64,000 nucleotides of DNA from an uncultured Spirochaetota bacterium (GTDB lineage: Bacteria > Spirochaetota > UBA4802 > UBA5550): positions 352,001-416,000 of the forward strand of contig CAWHAA010000005.1 in the NCBI GenBank assembly GCA_963827275.1. The letters are read 5' to 3'. Below the pieces are notes generated by a model. It had not been told where the DNA came from and did no database searches. It saw only the letters and a list, made by a program, of their open reading frames with translations. Position numbers and translations under genes: made by a program. Below, in pieces: positions 49,209 through 60,794 of this stretch; position 1 is the stretch's first letter, and each line of letters begins with the position of its first letter.

Positions 49209-50288
49209 TCACGAAACAGCATCCTTCGGGATGGTGAAAAAGAAGGTCACGTAATCCCCTACTACCGACTCCGCCCACATCCGCCCGTGGTGCTTTTCTA
49301 TGATCTTTTTGCAAATGTAGAGCCCGAGTCCCGATCCCTTCACGCCTTCGGTACCCTTCTGCTTTAAACGGTTGAATTTCTTGAAAAGCCGCTCTTCAAT
49401 GTCCTTTTTCGATATCCCGACGCCCTTATTGTTGATTGAAAAGACGATATTGCCGCCGTCCTCATACAGTCGGACCGCAATCTCCGTACCTTCGGCACCG
49501 TACTTTATTGCGTTATTCAGCAGGTTTGTAATAACAATCTGCAGGAGATTGGGATCACCGTTTACGTGAGGCTGAACGGAGAAATCCGTGACGATGGTCA
49601 TCTTCTTCATGTTGTCCTTGTATTCCGGTATATCGAGCACCGGCTGTATTACCTCGCCTACAAGGTCGATGTTTTTAGAAAATGATTCCAGGTTATCGAT
49701 GTCCATCTTGGAAAGGTCGATATAGCAGCGGATAATGTCCTCGAGGTACTGGCAGTTGCGGAGTATCCGCTCCACGGTCTTCTTCTGCTCCGGGTCCAGC
49801 GTCCCGAGGTAGCCCCGGTAGAGGGTCTCCGCCGTGGTATGCACCGCCGACACCGGGCTCTTCAGCTCATGCGATACGATGGCCATGATGTCCAGCATGC
49901 CGGAATCGGAATTCTTCTCCCGTGATTTCACCGCGTTATCGACGACCGACCTGAGCTCTTCGCTGGTGAACGGCTTCGGGATGTAATCGAACGCACCCGC
50001 TTTGAGCGCCTCCCGGGCATTCTCGACCGTCGCATACCCGGTAAAAATGACCACGGTCACATCGGGCCTGTTCTTTCTCAGGTCGGCGAGCACTTCCATG
50101 CCGCTCATCCCCGGCATCTTCAGGTCAGTAATGACGATATCAGGTTCTTTTTCGGCGACACGGCGCATGCCCTCGTCGCCCGATGAAGCGGTTTCGATTT
50201 CATATGCTTCGTTTTTCAATATCCTGAGGCAGCTTTTCAGCACGATATCCTCATCATCGATTATCAGAATACGTGTTTTTTTATCCAT
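49209..50288 (-). CDS. Receiver-histidine kinase hybrid
   Basis: IDDE, TDLKMPG, KPF; SHELKSP H-box, NLLNNAIKY, GSGLGL. Confidence 0.9.
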   Translation of the reverse strand: MDKKTRILIIDDEDIVLKSCLRILKNEAYEIETASSGDEGMRRVAEKEPDIVITDLKMPGMSGMEVLADLRKNRPDVTVVIFTGYATVENAREALKAGAFDYIPKPFTSEELRSVVDNAVKSREKNSDSGMLDIMAIVSHELKSPVSAVHTTAETLYRGYLGTLDPEQKKTVERILRNCQYLEDIIRCYIDLSKMDIDNLESFSKNIDLVGEVIQPVLDIPEYKDNMKKMTIVTDFSVQPHVNGDPNLLQIVITNLLNNAIKYGAEGTEIAVRLYEDGGNIVFSINNKGVGISKKDIEERLFKKFNRLKQKGTEGVKGSGLGLYICKKIIEKHHGRMWAESVVGDYVTFFFTIPKDAVS

Positions 50289-50317
50289 GTCGCCCTCGAG
50301 AAGTAATCAAGAATCTA

Positions 50318-52255
50318 TCAAGTTGCTGCAACATTTTCCGCGTCAACAGGAAATTCAACCGTGAACGTGGTGCCGGCGCCCAGCGTGCTTTCCACCCGAA
50401 TGGTCCCGTTATGGCGCTGGACTATTCCATAGGTCACGGAAAGCCCCAGCCCGGTGCCCTTACCCGTCTCCTTTGTCGTGTAAAATGGATCGAATATTTT
50501 CGTGAGGTTCTCCCGGCTGATCCCGGTGCCCGTATCCGTCACCGTGACGATTATTTTCCTTCCCTGGTCGTCATACCGCGTCTTTACGGTCAGCTCCCCG
50601 CCGCCTGACATCGCGTCCGCGGCGTTGACCGCCAGGTTGTTCAGCACCGATTTTATCTGGTTCGTGTCCAGGTTGAAGTCAGGCAGGTCCTCGCCCAGGT
50701 CTTTATTTATCTTTATATTTTGGAAGGTAACGTGTTTCTCGAGTATCGCAAGCAGCTCATTGATTATTTTATTAATGTTCGCGGGGCGCTTGTCAATTTT
50801 TGTTTCTCGCGCAAAATCGAGGATGCCTTTCACGATTTCACGGCACCGCAGCGTCTCATCAATGATCACCTTCAAATCCGCCTGGTAGCCCGGGTCCTTG
50901 ATCTCCTCGTACAGCACGGTACTGTAGGTGAGCACGCCGGTAAGCGGATTGTTTATCTCGTGTGCGATGCCGGACGCAAGCCTTCCCAGGGACGCCAGTT
51001 TTTCTGACTGCGCCATCTGCATCTCGGTCTGCTCCTTGAGCTTCCGGTCGCGTTCGGCGATCGCATCGATCATCATGTTGAATGTTTCACACAGGTATCC
51101 CATCTCGTCAGACGATACCACGTCGATCTTCTTCGTGTAATTGCCCGCCGCCATCTGCTTCGACGCCATCACGAGGGAGCGTATGGGAGTGGTAATGCCT
51201 CTTATAAGGTACACGGAGAGAGCCGCCGCCATGAAGATCGAAATCATGATGATAAGCATGGAGAACAGTGTGGCATTCCGCTTGATCACATTGTACTTTT
51301 CTTCGAGTATTCCCACATAGAGAATTCCCACGACCTTTTTATCCAGGTCATATATCGGGCTGTAACCGGAGAGGTACCAGTTGCTCACCACGAACGCCTT
51401 GTCGAGCCACATCTTCTCGCGCTCGAAAACTTCCCGGTACACCTCTTCCGACACCTGTGTCCCCACGGCACGCGTGCCGTGCCTATTTTTTACGTTTGTC
51501 GATATGCGCAGGTCATCCATGAATATCGTTACGGTGCCGATTTCGTATCCGCCGATACGCTCGTTTTTGAAAAGCAGGTTCTTCAGCGAATCGACCATTT
51601 CAAAGTTTTTATTAAGCAGCTTCGCGCCGTAAATAACGCCGATAAGCCTCCCATTGCTGAAGATCGGCGCGGCGGCCTTCTTGCACATGCCGTTTGCTTC
51701 AAATATTTTATCCTTCGGCCTGGCCCGCAGCGTCGGTATGACACGGATATACGCCTGGTCCGCGAGTTTTTTGCTTTCGCGGAGCAGATCGTCCCGGCTC
51801 ACGATATCGGTCCCGGAGCATGATTTTCTATTTTCGATCACGTACCTGACGAACCGGTCCCCGCTGACATCGTCACCGAAGTTGTCGGAGCTGTTCGCGC
51901 GCGCGATGACCCTTCCGTTCGCATCCGTAATGGTCATGATATCGATGTTGAGCTCCTTTTTAACTTCCCGGAGTTTTTCAACAAGGAGGGTACGGTTATT
52001 CTGCAATATTGCTGTCTGGAGATAGCCGAGCGATGAAAGGTGGTTGATGAAAAGATAGATTATCTGTATGCGTTCGTTATAAAAATAGATGGCAGTGTTG
52101 AGGTGGCTCCTCACTTCATCATATGCCTGGCCAACCACGTTGTTATTGATGACGTTGCGGCTGATAAATATGGAGCTTATGCCGCTTATGGCGACAACTG
52201 ACATCAGGCTGATTACAAGTTTTGTGCTAATCTTAGCCTTGAATCGTCCCATCAT
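50318..52255 (-). CDS. Membrane sensor histidine kinase (Cache + HAMP)
   Basis: Two TM helices, RISTNV...RAVGT Cache region, HAMP, AHEINNP, DTGTG, FDPFYTTK, GTGLGL. Confidence 0.9.
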   Translation of the reverse strand: MMGRFKAKISTKLVISLMSVVAISGISSIFISRNVINNNVVGQAYDEVRSHLNTAIYFYNERIQIIYLFINHLSSLGYLQTAILQNNRTLLVEKLREVKKELNIDIMTITDANGRVIARANSSDNFGDDVSGDRFVRYVIENRKSCSGTDIVSRDDLLRESKKLADQAYIRVIPTLRARPKDKIFEANGMCKKAAAPIFSNGRLIGVIYGAKLLNKNFEMVDSLKNLLFKNERIGGYEIGTVTIFMDDLRISTNVKNRHGTRAVGTQVSEEVYREVFEREKMWLDKAFVVSNWYLSGYSPIYDLDKKVVGILYVGILEEKYNVIKRNATLFSMLIIMISIFMAAALSVYLIRGITTPIRSLVMASKQMAAGNYTKKIDVVSSDEMGYLCETFNMMIDAIAERDRKLKEQTEMQMAQSEKLASLGRLASGIAHEINNPLTGVLTYSTVLYEEIKDPGYQADLKVIIDETLRCREIVKGILDFARETKIDKRPANINKIINELLAILEKHVTFQNIKINKDLGEDLPDFNLDTNQIKSVLNNLAVNAADAMSGGGELTVKTRYDDQGRKIIVTVTDTGTGISRENLTKIFDPFYTTKETGKGTGLGLSVTYGIVQRHNGTIRVESTLGAGTTFTVEFPVDAENVAAT

Positions 52256-52281
52256 CAGTTGCCACCACCCACGAGTAGGAA

Positions 52282-52683
52282 TTATGTGTTTTTCGCGACC
52301 TTCTCGAGGAGTTGATCAAAATTCACCGGTTTTGTCAAGAAATCATTAATCCTCGGCAAAAAACTGTCCTTGTCGCTGAGAGAGAACCGCGAATTGGTCA
52401 CCTGGTTAATTGCGGTGAGCACGATAATCGGCACATTCTTTACTTCTTTATACTTTGAAGTCGGCCGTTCGCTCCGCAGCATGTCTGCCACTTCAAAACC
52501 GGCAGTGTCCTTCTCCATCATGATATCCAGTATGATCAGGTCCGGCTTTACCGCCAGGACCTTTTTCAGCGCCTCGGCGCCTGAATACGCCTCGGTCACT
52601 TCATATCCTTTCATGGAGAGCACTTTAGATATACTGGCACAGGTATCTATATCATCGTCGACCAATAATATTTTTTTGCTCAT
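52282..52683 (-). CDS. Stand-alone response regulator receiver
   Basis: VDDD, PDLIILDIMME, TKP. Confidence 0.88.
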   Translation of the reverse strand: MSKKILLVDDDIDTCASISKVLSMKGYEVTEAYSGAEALKKVLAVKPDLIILDIMMEKDTAGFEVADMLRSERPTSKYKEVKNVPIIVLTAINQVTNSRFSLSDKDSFLPRINDFLTKPVNFDQLLEKVAKNT

Positions 52684-52802
52684 TGAATTACTCCATAGTA
52701 AAGTATAATTGCGTCTCTCCCGCGGCCCGACCCGCTTCACCAGGCCACCCTCCCCTCCAGCGTTTTGACCGGGAGAGGGCGCCGGAAGGTCAGGCATTCA
52801 TC

Positions 52803-53335
52803 CTATTTATTCAGCACCTGGTATATAACGTTCCGCTCTTCCCAGGCCTTGTTCTTCAGATACACGTCGATCGGGAACTCGACCTGTTTCAGCTCGACCG
52901 GGGACGCCTTCTTGTCCACGAGGCCCAGTGCGAGCGCCACGCCGTAAATTATTGCCTCCGGCTTCGGCGGGCATCCGGGGATGATATAGTTCACCGGCAC
53001 CGCCTTGTCGGCGCCGCCCGGTCACATGGTAGCAGTCAAACCAGCGAACCGCCGCCGGACGCGCAGGACCCGATGCCGAACACCAGCTTCGGCTCCGGCA
53101 TCGCCTCGTAGGCCTTCTTCACCAGCGGGAGGGTCGGCCTGGTGACCGCGCCGGATATCAGCATGACGTCGGCATGCCTCGGCGAAGCGACGAGCTTCAT
53201 TCCGAAACGCTCGATATCGTAGTAGGGCGTCAGGACGTTCAGAATTTCTATATCGCAACCGTTGCAGGCGCCGGAGTTGCAGTGATATACCCAAAGTGAC
53301 TTGGGAAACGCTTTTTTGCATAATTTGGCCAGCAT
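52803..53335 (-). CDS. Group 4 [NiFe]-hydrogenase small subunit (HycG/NuoB-like), frameshifted
   Basis: GACNGCDIE, SPRHAD, GSCASGG, IPGCPPKPE. Confidence 0.85.
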
Positions 53336-53346
53336 ATCTCTTCTCC

Positions 53347-53885
53347 TTACTTCTGGGGTCTCTTGTAATGATCCGACTCTTCCAGCATCTTTGCGTCAAA
53401 ATGCTCAGTGGCCTTCTGGAATCACGGCGCGCGTCTCAAGGTTGTCATACCGGAACCCCCGGAGCCCCATCTTGTCGATCATGTTCGTCGTTTCCATGTT
53501 GTAACACCTGCCGCAGCGCTGGCATGTCAGCATGAAGAGCTCCATGTTGACGGTGATATCGTTCTTGTCGTTGGTCGCCAGCTCATACTGCTCGGTCATG
53601 GTGATGGCGTTTTCCGGACAGACATCGGCGCACCGCCCGCAGTAGGTGCAGCGCGATCCGTCGTAGAGCATGACGCGCAGGTCCTGGCAGACGTCGCGGA
53701 TCATAGATTGTCCGCGCCGGACAGTGGGCCGCGCAGCCGCCGCAGCCGACGCATTTATGATGATCCCATGACGGCTGTCCCCTGAAATCCTTCGCCACCG
53801 GATGCGGCTCGAAGGGATAGTTCAGGGTGACGACGCCCGGCTTTAAAACCATCAGAACCTGTTTTATTTTACTCGTAAGCCACAC
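53347..53885 (-). CDS. Hydrogenase 2x[4Fe-4S] subunit (HycF/NuoI-like), frameshifted
   Basis: TLNYPF, FRG.P, CVGCGGCAAHCP, CTYCGRCADVCP, extra CQRCG. Confidence 0.85.
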
Positions 53886-53907
53886 AATAGTTCTCCTTAA
53901 ATTAAGA

Positions 53908-54817
53908 TTATATCCCGTATACGGACAATCCCACCGCAACCAGGGACGCGACGATCAGCACCGCGTAAAACTTCTGCGCCTGGTCGATCCGGAGCCGCGG
54001 GTGGGTCGAACCCAGCACCGCGATCAGGACATAGACCAGCAAAACAAATGCCAGCTGAATCAGAACATCCACGCCATAGAACCCGGTCTTGAATCGCCGG
54101 TATGAACACGATGACGAAGAGTGTGGCATAGAACATCTGTTTCAGCAGCATGTAATACTTGAACAGGGCCAGATTGGGACCGCTGTACTCGATGAACGGG
54201 CCTTCCAGTATCTCGACCTCGGCCTCAGCGATGTCAAAGGGCTGCCGGCCGACGAAGGCCTGCAGCGCCATCAGGTACACCACCAGCATGATGATGACCG
54301 ATGCGCCGTAGCCTGCCGCCGGTAACGCTGCAATACCGAGGCAGGGATCCCGAGGCTCTTTACCTTGACGGCGCCCAGGATGAAGCGTCATCGCCAGCAC
54401 CGGCTCGACCATGATCATGGTGATCATCTCGCGGCTTGACCCGATCAGCGCGTACGTGTTCTTGCTGGATAGGGCGCCCAGCAGGACGGCGACGCCGCCC
54501 AGGGTGAGCAGGTAGATGATGGTGATCACGTCGGCGTACTGCGTCAGGTAATTTTCCCTGTAGCCCAGCGGCAGGAACACGATGACGCTCAGGATCGAGG
54601 CGAAGCGCCACCACCGGCGCGATCTTAAACGCGATGTTTCCCGCGGACAGGTTCTGCTTGCCCAGGAGCTTCAGGATGTCATAGTACGGCTGGGCATGAG
54701 GGGCGGTCCCTGGCGGGACTGCACCACCCGCGCCGTTATTCTCCTGACCACGCCCTCGAAGAAGGGGGCCAGCGCCAGAAAGACCAGTATATTCACCACA
54801 ATGTACAGAATGTCCAT
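53908..54817 (-). CDS. Hydrogenase membrane subunit (HycD/NuoH-like), frameshifted
   Basis: RRITAR..SRQGPP, GSSRE, EP, PFDIAEAEVEI.EG...EYSG, PRLR. Confidence 0.85.
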
Positions 54818-54821
54818 GTTC

Positions 54822-56506
54822 TTACCTTCCCGCCGTTTTTTTAGCTCGAGATATCTTTTCCAGGTCGCTGTTCGAGAGATGCGACATCGCGCCGGACCTG
54901 ACGTCAACCTTGACGACCCTGTCGGTGCAGGAGAAGCAGGGGTCGATGCTCCCGATGATGATCGGCAGATCGGCGAACTGGTCGTTGAGCAGCATCGCCG
55001 GAACGCCCTGCAGGTTCGGATAGGTCGGGGCGCGCACGCGCCACCGTTCCGGCCTGTTCTCCTCGCCGGTGATCAGGTAGTGAACGGCCTCGCCCCGCGG
55101 CGCCTCGACCGCGCTGATCGCATGCCGCAGCGGCGTCACGTCCTCATTGAACTCGGTCATGATCGGACCGGCAGGCATCTTGTCGAGCGCCTGGCGGATG
55201 ATCTTGATCGCCTCAAAGGTCTCGAGTATCCGCACTACCACGGTGCCCCACACGTCGCAGGAATCCACGACCGGCACGTCAAACTGCATTTCGTCGTACG
55301 CCGCGTAGGGATGGTCGCGCCGCACGTCGATGTCGACGTTGCGCGCCCGCGCCACCGGTCCGACCAGGCTCCAGAGCCTGGTCTCTTCGGTGGTGATGCA
55401 GCCGACGCCCTTGGTCCGGCGGTGTATGGAAGTATCGCCGGCGACCGCCTTGTAAATGACCATCAGCTCTTTTTCAATTGTATTTGATTACATTCCGGAG
55501 CTCGTCGGCGAGCTCCGGCGTGATGTCCCTGCGGACGCCGCCAGCTACGATCATGCCGTAGGTCTTCCGGTTTCCGGTCAGCTTCTCACCGTACCACATG
55601 ATGGCTTCCCGCACCCGCCATGCCTGCATGAACACCGTGTCAAAGCCGATCAGGTGCCCGGCGATTCCCAGCCAGAGGAGGTGGGAGTGTACGCGCTCGA
55701 TCTCGAGCATGATGGTGCGGATGTATTCCGCCCGCCGCGATATCTTCAGGCCGGCGACAGACTCAACGCACTGCGCGTATGTTGCGGCGTGCACCGAGCC
55801 GCAGATGCCGCAGATACGCTCTGCGATAAAGGGTATTTCATTGTAGGTGAGCTGGGTCTGGCAGAGCTTCTCGAGTCCGCGGTGCACCATGAACCCGCGG
55901 TAATCGCAGCCCTTGATGGTCTCGCCGTCGACGAAGACCGCGAAGTGCGCGGGCTCGTGCAGGGTCGGGTGGAAGGGGCCCACCGGGATGGTGGTGCAGC
56001 CTTCCGGCGCCTCGTCGAGCTGGTAGGCGACGTTCTCCGCCGCGGGCGGCATCAGGTTCCAGGGGACGTCCTTGCGGAGCGGATAGATCCCTTCGGGCCA
56101 GTCGTCGGCCAGGATCAGCTTCTTCGGCTTGGGATGTCCCTTGAATTTCATGCCGAGCAGGTCCATGTATTCGCGCTCGGACCAGCCGGCATTGGGTATG
56201 TCCGGCGTGATCGAATCGAAACTCGGGATTGTCCACCGGCGCCGCGGTGCGTATGCAGACGAAGACATCGTCCTTGTCCATGCTGAAGGTGTGGATCAGC
56301 CCCAGGGTCTTGTCCCGGGCGATATTGTCGTACCCGACGCTTACCAGGTACCGGCCGCCCATCTTGATGATCTCGTTCGAGATGTCGCGGACCTTGCTCT
56401 TGTCAATATCCACGAACAGACGCGTACTGTAGGGGCTATCAAAGTTCTTAATGCTGTTCTGGTATTTATCTTTTAACTGTTTTTTTATTTCGTCAATAGT
56501 AAGCAT
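54822..56506 (-). CDS. Group 4 [NiFe]-hydrogenase large subunit (HycE-like NuoC+D fusion), frameshifts near 56225 and 55480
   Basis: WSERE, YPLRKD, GPFHP..HEP, HRGLEK, ERICGICGSVH (L1), EAPRGE, DPCFSCTDR (L2) plus a C-terminal extension. Confidence 0.9.
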
Positions 56507-56532
56507 GTTGTACCTCGTATGAATAAAGTGCC

Positions 56533-58390
56533 TTATTTTTTAATATTGCCCCCGGTCCACTTGACCGCCTTTTTGAAGGCGGAATACATCCCATGGGCCT
56601 GATACCTGTTCTTGTTGTTCAAATCCTGATATCCGCACAGCCAGGTCGGCACCTCTTTTTCTTCCGAGCCTCCCGACTTCTTGAGCAGCCACGCCAGGAT
56701 GTACGCCACCGCGAGCACCGCCAGGACTACGAGCGGCACCGCTACCGACGACACGAGCCCTTCCATGCCGGGCACGGTGACGGACACGCCCATGGCCGAG
56801 TTCACGATCATGTTGTCAAGCGTTACGTCCGCGAAGAGCGGCTGGATAATTGAGCCCGCCGAATTCTTGAATATGCTGATGAAGAGCCCGAAATATAGAA
56901 AGGGGAAGAGGCCCTGGACCAGGCAGAGCACCGCAAGGATGACCTTGGGGATCAGCATGGTCGACGGGTACTTCCTTGATCTTCTTGGTAACCGTCCACT
57001 CGACGCCGGAGGAGGCAAACGTCATGCCGAAGAACTTCACGTACGACGCCAGGGTGACGGCGCTGGTGAACAGCGCGATGATGCCGAATATCACCAGGAA
57101 CATGACCTGTTGAACCCGCCAGGATGTTCGATGATATGATCGTCCACTTGCTGGCAAAGCCGCTGAAGGCCGGCATCCCGGCGATGGAGAGTGACGCGAT
57201 CCCCGCGACGACCGCGGTCACCGGCATGAGCTTCATGAGCCCGCCCAGCTTGTTCAGGTCCTTGGTGCCGGTCGCGTAGAGGACGCTCCCGGTGGAGAGG
57301 AAGAGCAGCCCCTTGAACACGGTGTGGTTCAGGGTGTGGTAGAGGGCGCCGACGATGGCGACGACCGACAGGAGCTTCACGAACTCGCTGCCGCTGTTCA
57401 GCATGACGAGCGCGGACCCGATACCGAGTATGATGTAGCCCATCTGGCCGATGGAGTGGTACGCGTGGAGCCGCTTGGCGTCATGCTGTTTCAGCGCCTG
57501 GTTCGTTCCGATGAAGAGGGTCACGACGCCGAAGGAGGCGATGACGATGCCCCAGAGCGACCCGTTGTAGCCCTCGGCCGGCACCATCCAGAAGAAGGTC
57601 CGGATGATGCCGTACACGCCGGTCTTGATCATGACGCCGGAAAGGAGCGCGCTGATCGGTGACGGCGCTATGGAGTGCGCGTCGGGCAGCCAGAGCTGTC
57701 CGAAGGGGAACATACCGGCCTTGAAGCCGAAGCCGATGAGGAGCAGCCCGTAGACGAAGTACAGCGACACGCCCTTGGTCGCGCCCATCTTGACGCCGAG
57801 TTCATGCAGCGAATCGCCCAACGAAGCGCCGCTGATGAAGAACGTCGCCGACCACTATCAGGACCCAGGCCAGCTCCATCAGGATGAGGTACTTGTTCGC
57901 GTTTTTCACGTTTCCGGTCGGTCCGGTACTCGAAGCGGATCAGGAAATAGGAAGCGATCGTCATGATCTGCCATGCGACGGTGAACCCGGTGGTCAGGTC
58001 GTCAACGGTCACGATCGCGATCATCCCCAGGATGAAGAGCGGGAAGGTCAGGTAGTAGCTCCAGAGCTTATAGTCGGGATAATGCTCCATGTACTGGATC
58101 GAGTAGAAGGCGCTCATGATCGCCATGAAGGAGATTATGGCGATGAAGAACCCTGCAAAGGGGTCAACGAGGAAATATATGCCCAGCATCTTCTGGGCAT
58201 GCTCCCCGCCACCGCCCTGGAAAAGGGTCACATAACTTATATTCAATAGCATGATGGCGGCGACGGATACCAGGATGAAGTTCACCCAGCCCGCCAGTTT
58301 GCGTTTGCTCGACAGTATCGGACCGATAACAGCGGCGCCGAGCAGGATCGCCATCGCGGTTAACAGGCTGCCATAGAGATCAATGTTCAT
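56533..58390 (-). CDS. Antiporter-like proton-translocating subunit (HycC/HyfB/NuoL-like), frameshifted
   Basis: Many TM helices; KAG.FP...WLPDAH..APSPISALLSG, KRLHAYHSI, NHTVFK.LLFL, LGGL, GF.SKW. Confidence 0.85.
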
Positions 58391-58889
58391 ATACGAGCTC
58401 CTTTTGATCACAGTTAATGTAAGATAATAATAGATCGCGGATTATATCAGCACTTTTCTTCACATCATCGGAAAGGCCGGTCCCGAAGTCCACTGTCACG
58501 GACTTCAATGCCCATGAACCAGGTCTTTTTGTTATACTGCTCCAGGATCTTCCCCGAGAGGAACAGTGCGAGTTTATGGGTCGAAAAATTACCGATTGCT
58601 TCCTTCACTTCATTCAGCCGGCCGAAGAGCACCGATCCGGTCTCCGCGCCCGACTGCATCGCGTCTATGATGACCACGTTGTCGCAGTCAGCTTCGGCGA
58701 TTCTGATACACATAATTTTCAATGACGTCCTCGACATTCAATGCCGTTACGGAATCCGACTCGATCAGGTCCCTGTATCCCGTCAACGATATGCAGGCCC
58801 ACCGCGTCGTCGCCCATGAGGTAGTTCCCCATGCCGACGAAGCAGGTCTTTTCGCGGGCAAGCCGCTCTATGACGGGAAGGAAATCCAT
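58380..58889 (-). CDS. Hydrogenase maturation endopeptidase (HycI-like), frameshifted
   Basis: GMGNYLMGDDAVG, VIIDA, FSTH. Confidence 0.8.
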
Positions 58890-59725
58890 TAGATCTGCTC
58901 TCCCAGGGTCTTGATCTGACGGTAGGTATATACCGGGCCGTCGGTGCAGACCAGGGTCCGGCCGATGGCGCAGTGCTGGCATTTTCCGATGCCGCACTTC
59001 ATGTGGCGCTCGAGGGTGGAGATGATGTTCTCCTCCCCGATGCCCATCTCGGTGAGCTCCTTGATGACGGCATTGAACATCATCGGCGGGCCGCAGACAA
59101 AGGCGACCGTGTCCTTGACCGGTATGTTCTTCTTCTTGATCAGGGTATGCACGAACCCGACCTCGCCGTCCCAGCCGGGGACAGGGTTGTCGATCGTGAT
59201 ATTGGTCTCGAAACCCGGGCGTTTTCTTCCACTCTTCCAGGTTTTTCTCGTACATGAGTTCCTGGGGAGTACGGGCGCCCAGGAAAAGAAGGACGCGGCC
59301 GAACTTGTCCTTGTTCTGCATAACGTGCATGATGGAGGAACGGAGCGGGATAAGCCCGATACCGCCGGCGACATAGATAATGTTTTTACCCTTGATCTCC
59401 TCGAAGGGAAACCCGTTGCCGAACGGGCCGCGGATGCCGATCTTGTCGCCCGGCTTCAGCTCGTGCAGCGCGTTGGTCACCTTGCCGACCCTGCCGCACC
59501 GTGAGGTGAAACCGGTCATTTTCCGGGCAGGTGGGAAGCGATACCGCGAATTCCCCCGCGCCGAACACGGTGCACATGACGAACTGGCCGGATGTAAATT
59601 TCGGCGCCTCGCCGCCTTTCCGCGCATCGAAGGAAAGGTAAAAGGTTTTTACTTCCACGATCTCGTCTTTGATTTCATCAATCGTTACGATTTCCGGTAT
59701 TGTTATGTTGTATTATTTCGCTCAT
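58889..59725 (-). CDS. FAD/NAD(P)-binding [2Fe-2S] subunit (AsrB/HydG/PyrK-like), frameshifted
   Basis: GQF, GE..S, RGPFGNGF, AGGIGLIPLRS, CGPP.M, ERHMKCGIGKCQHC...VCTDGP. Confidence 0.88.
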
Positions 59726-59734
59726 GTCACCCAC

Positions 59735-60792
59735 CTATTTTTGAATCTCTCTTCTTATATACGTGACGACATTGGGCAGACCGATATCGCCCGGGCACAC
59801 CCACTGGCAGCGCCCGCAGCCGACGCAGCCGGGCCGCAGATATTTCTTCGACTGGGAATACGACAGCTTGCAGAAGAACCGCTTGCTCCGCCGGTCTTCA
59901 ACAGGCTTCCGCGGGTTGTGGCCGCCCGCCATCCGGGAATACCCCTCGTAGGAGCAGGAATCCCAGGTGCGCATCCGGTCCGCCGCGTCGGGGGCCGTTA
60001 CCGGGTCAGCGATATTGAAGCAGGAGCAGCTGGGGCACACGAAGGAGCAGGCGCCGCACTCGATGCACTGGTTGCCGATATATTCCCACACCTTTTCTTC
60101 AACCAGGCCCGTGGTGACCCTGTTCATCACGCGGGAGATCCACGCCTTGTTGTCTTTCGCGATCGAATCGAAGACGTGAAATCGACTTATCGACCGCCTT
60201 CTTCTTTCGCTTTCTTGTGCGAATCGTCGGACTTGGCGAGCCCGAGCTTCTCCGCGAGTTTCGTGCCCTTCTCGCTCCCGACCTCGACGAGGTACTGGTC
60301 GCCCAGATCGGTCAGGTTCAGGTCATAGCCTTCCTGGGCGCTGGGGCCGCTGTCGGTGCATACGCAGAAGCACTGCTTGAACGGCGCGTTGCAGGTATTG
60401 GTCACGATGAACATGTTCTTCCGGTGGTTCTTGTACACCTCGTCGACGAATTCCTGTCCCAGGAAGAAGCGGTCCATGCAGAGGATACCGGTCAGGTCGC
60501 AGGACCGGAGGCCGAACAGCGCCTTCGGTTTGTCGTCGAAATCCGGCGTGATGTCGACCTTCTTGTTCTGGCGGTCATACTTGTACGACATGATCCGTTC
60601 GTAATTGGGGAACAGAGCATGTTTCGGCGGTATCGCCGGGATCGGTGCGTTCAGGTCAACCTCGGCCGCGTCATCGACCTTGACGAACATAGTCTGCTTC
60701 GTCTCCTTGTCGACAACGGGACCAAAGATCTGGTATTCCTTCTGCAGTTCCTTCGCAATATCCATTACCTGACTTTTTTTTATCAAATACAT
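59735..60792 (-). CDS. 4Fe-4S subunit (AsrA/HydB sulfhydrogenase-beta-like), frameshift near 60180
   Basis: FGLRSCD, C...F.QCFC, CIECGACSFVCPSCSCF, RTWDSC, CVGCGRCQWVCP. Confidence 0.88.
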
Positions 60793-60794
60793 GG

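Noticed and set aside
54822..56506. Selenocysteine or cofactor-less (Ehr/Mbx-like) hydrogenase large subunit
   Set aside because: Both CxxC motifs are ordinary Cys codons and intact, and a maturation protease is encoded in the operon
59735..60792. Anaerobic sulfite reductase (asrABC)
   Set aside because: No AsrC siroheme subunit in the window; the A/B-like genes sit inside a hydrogenase operon
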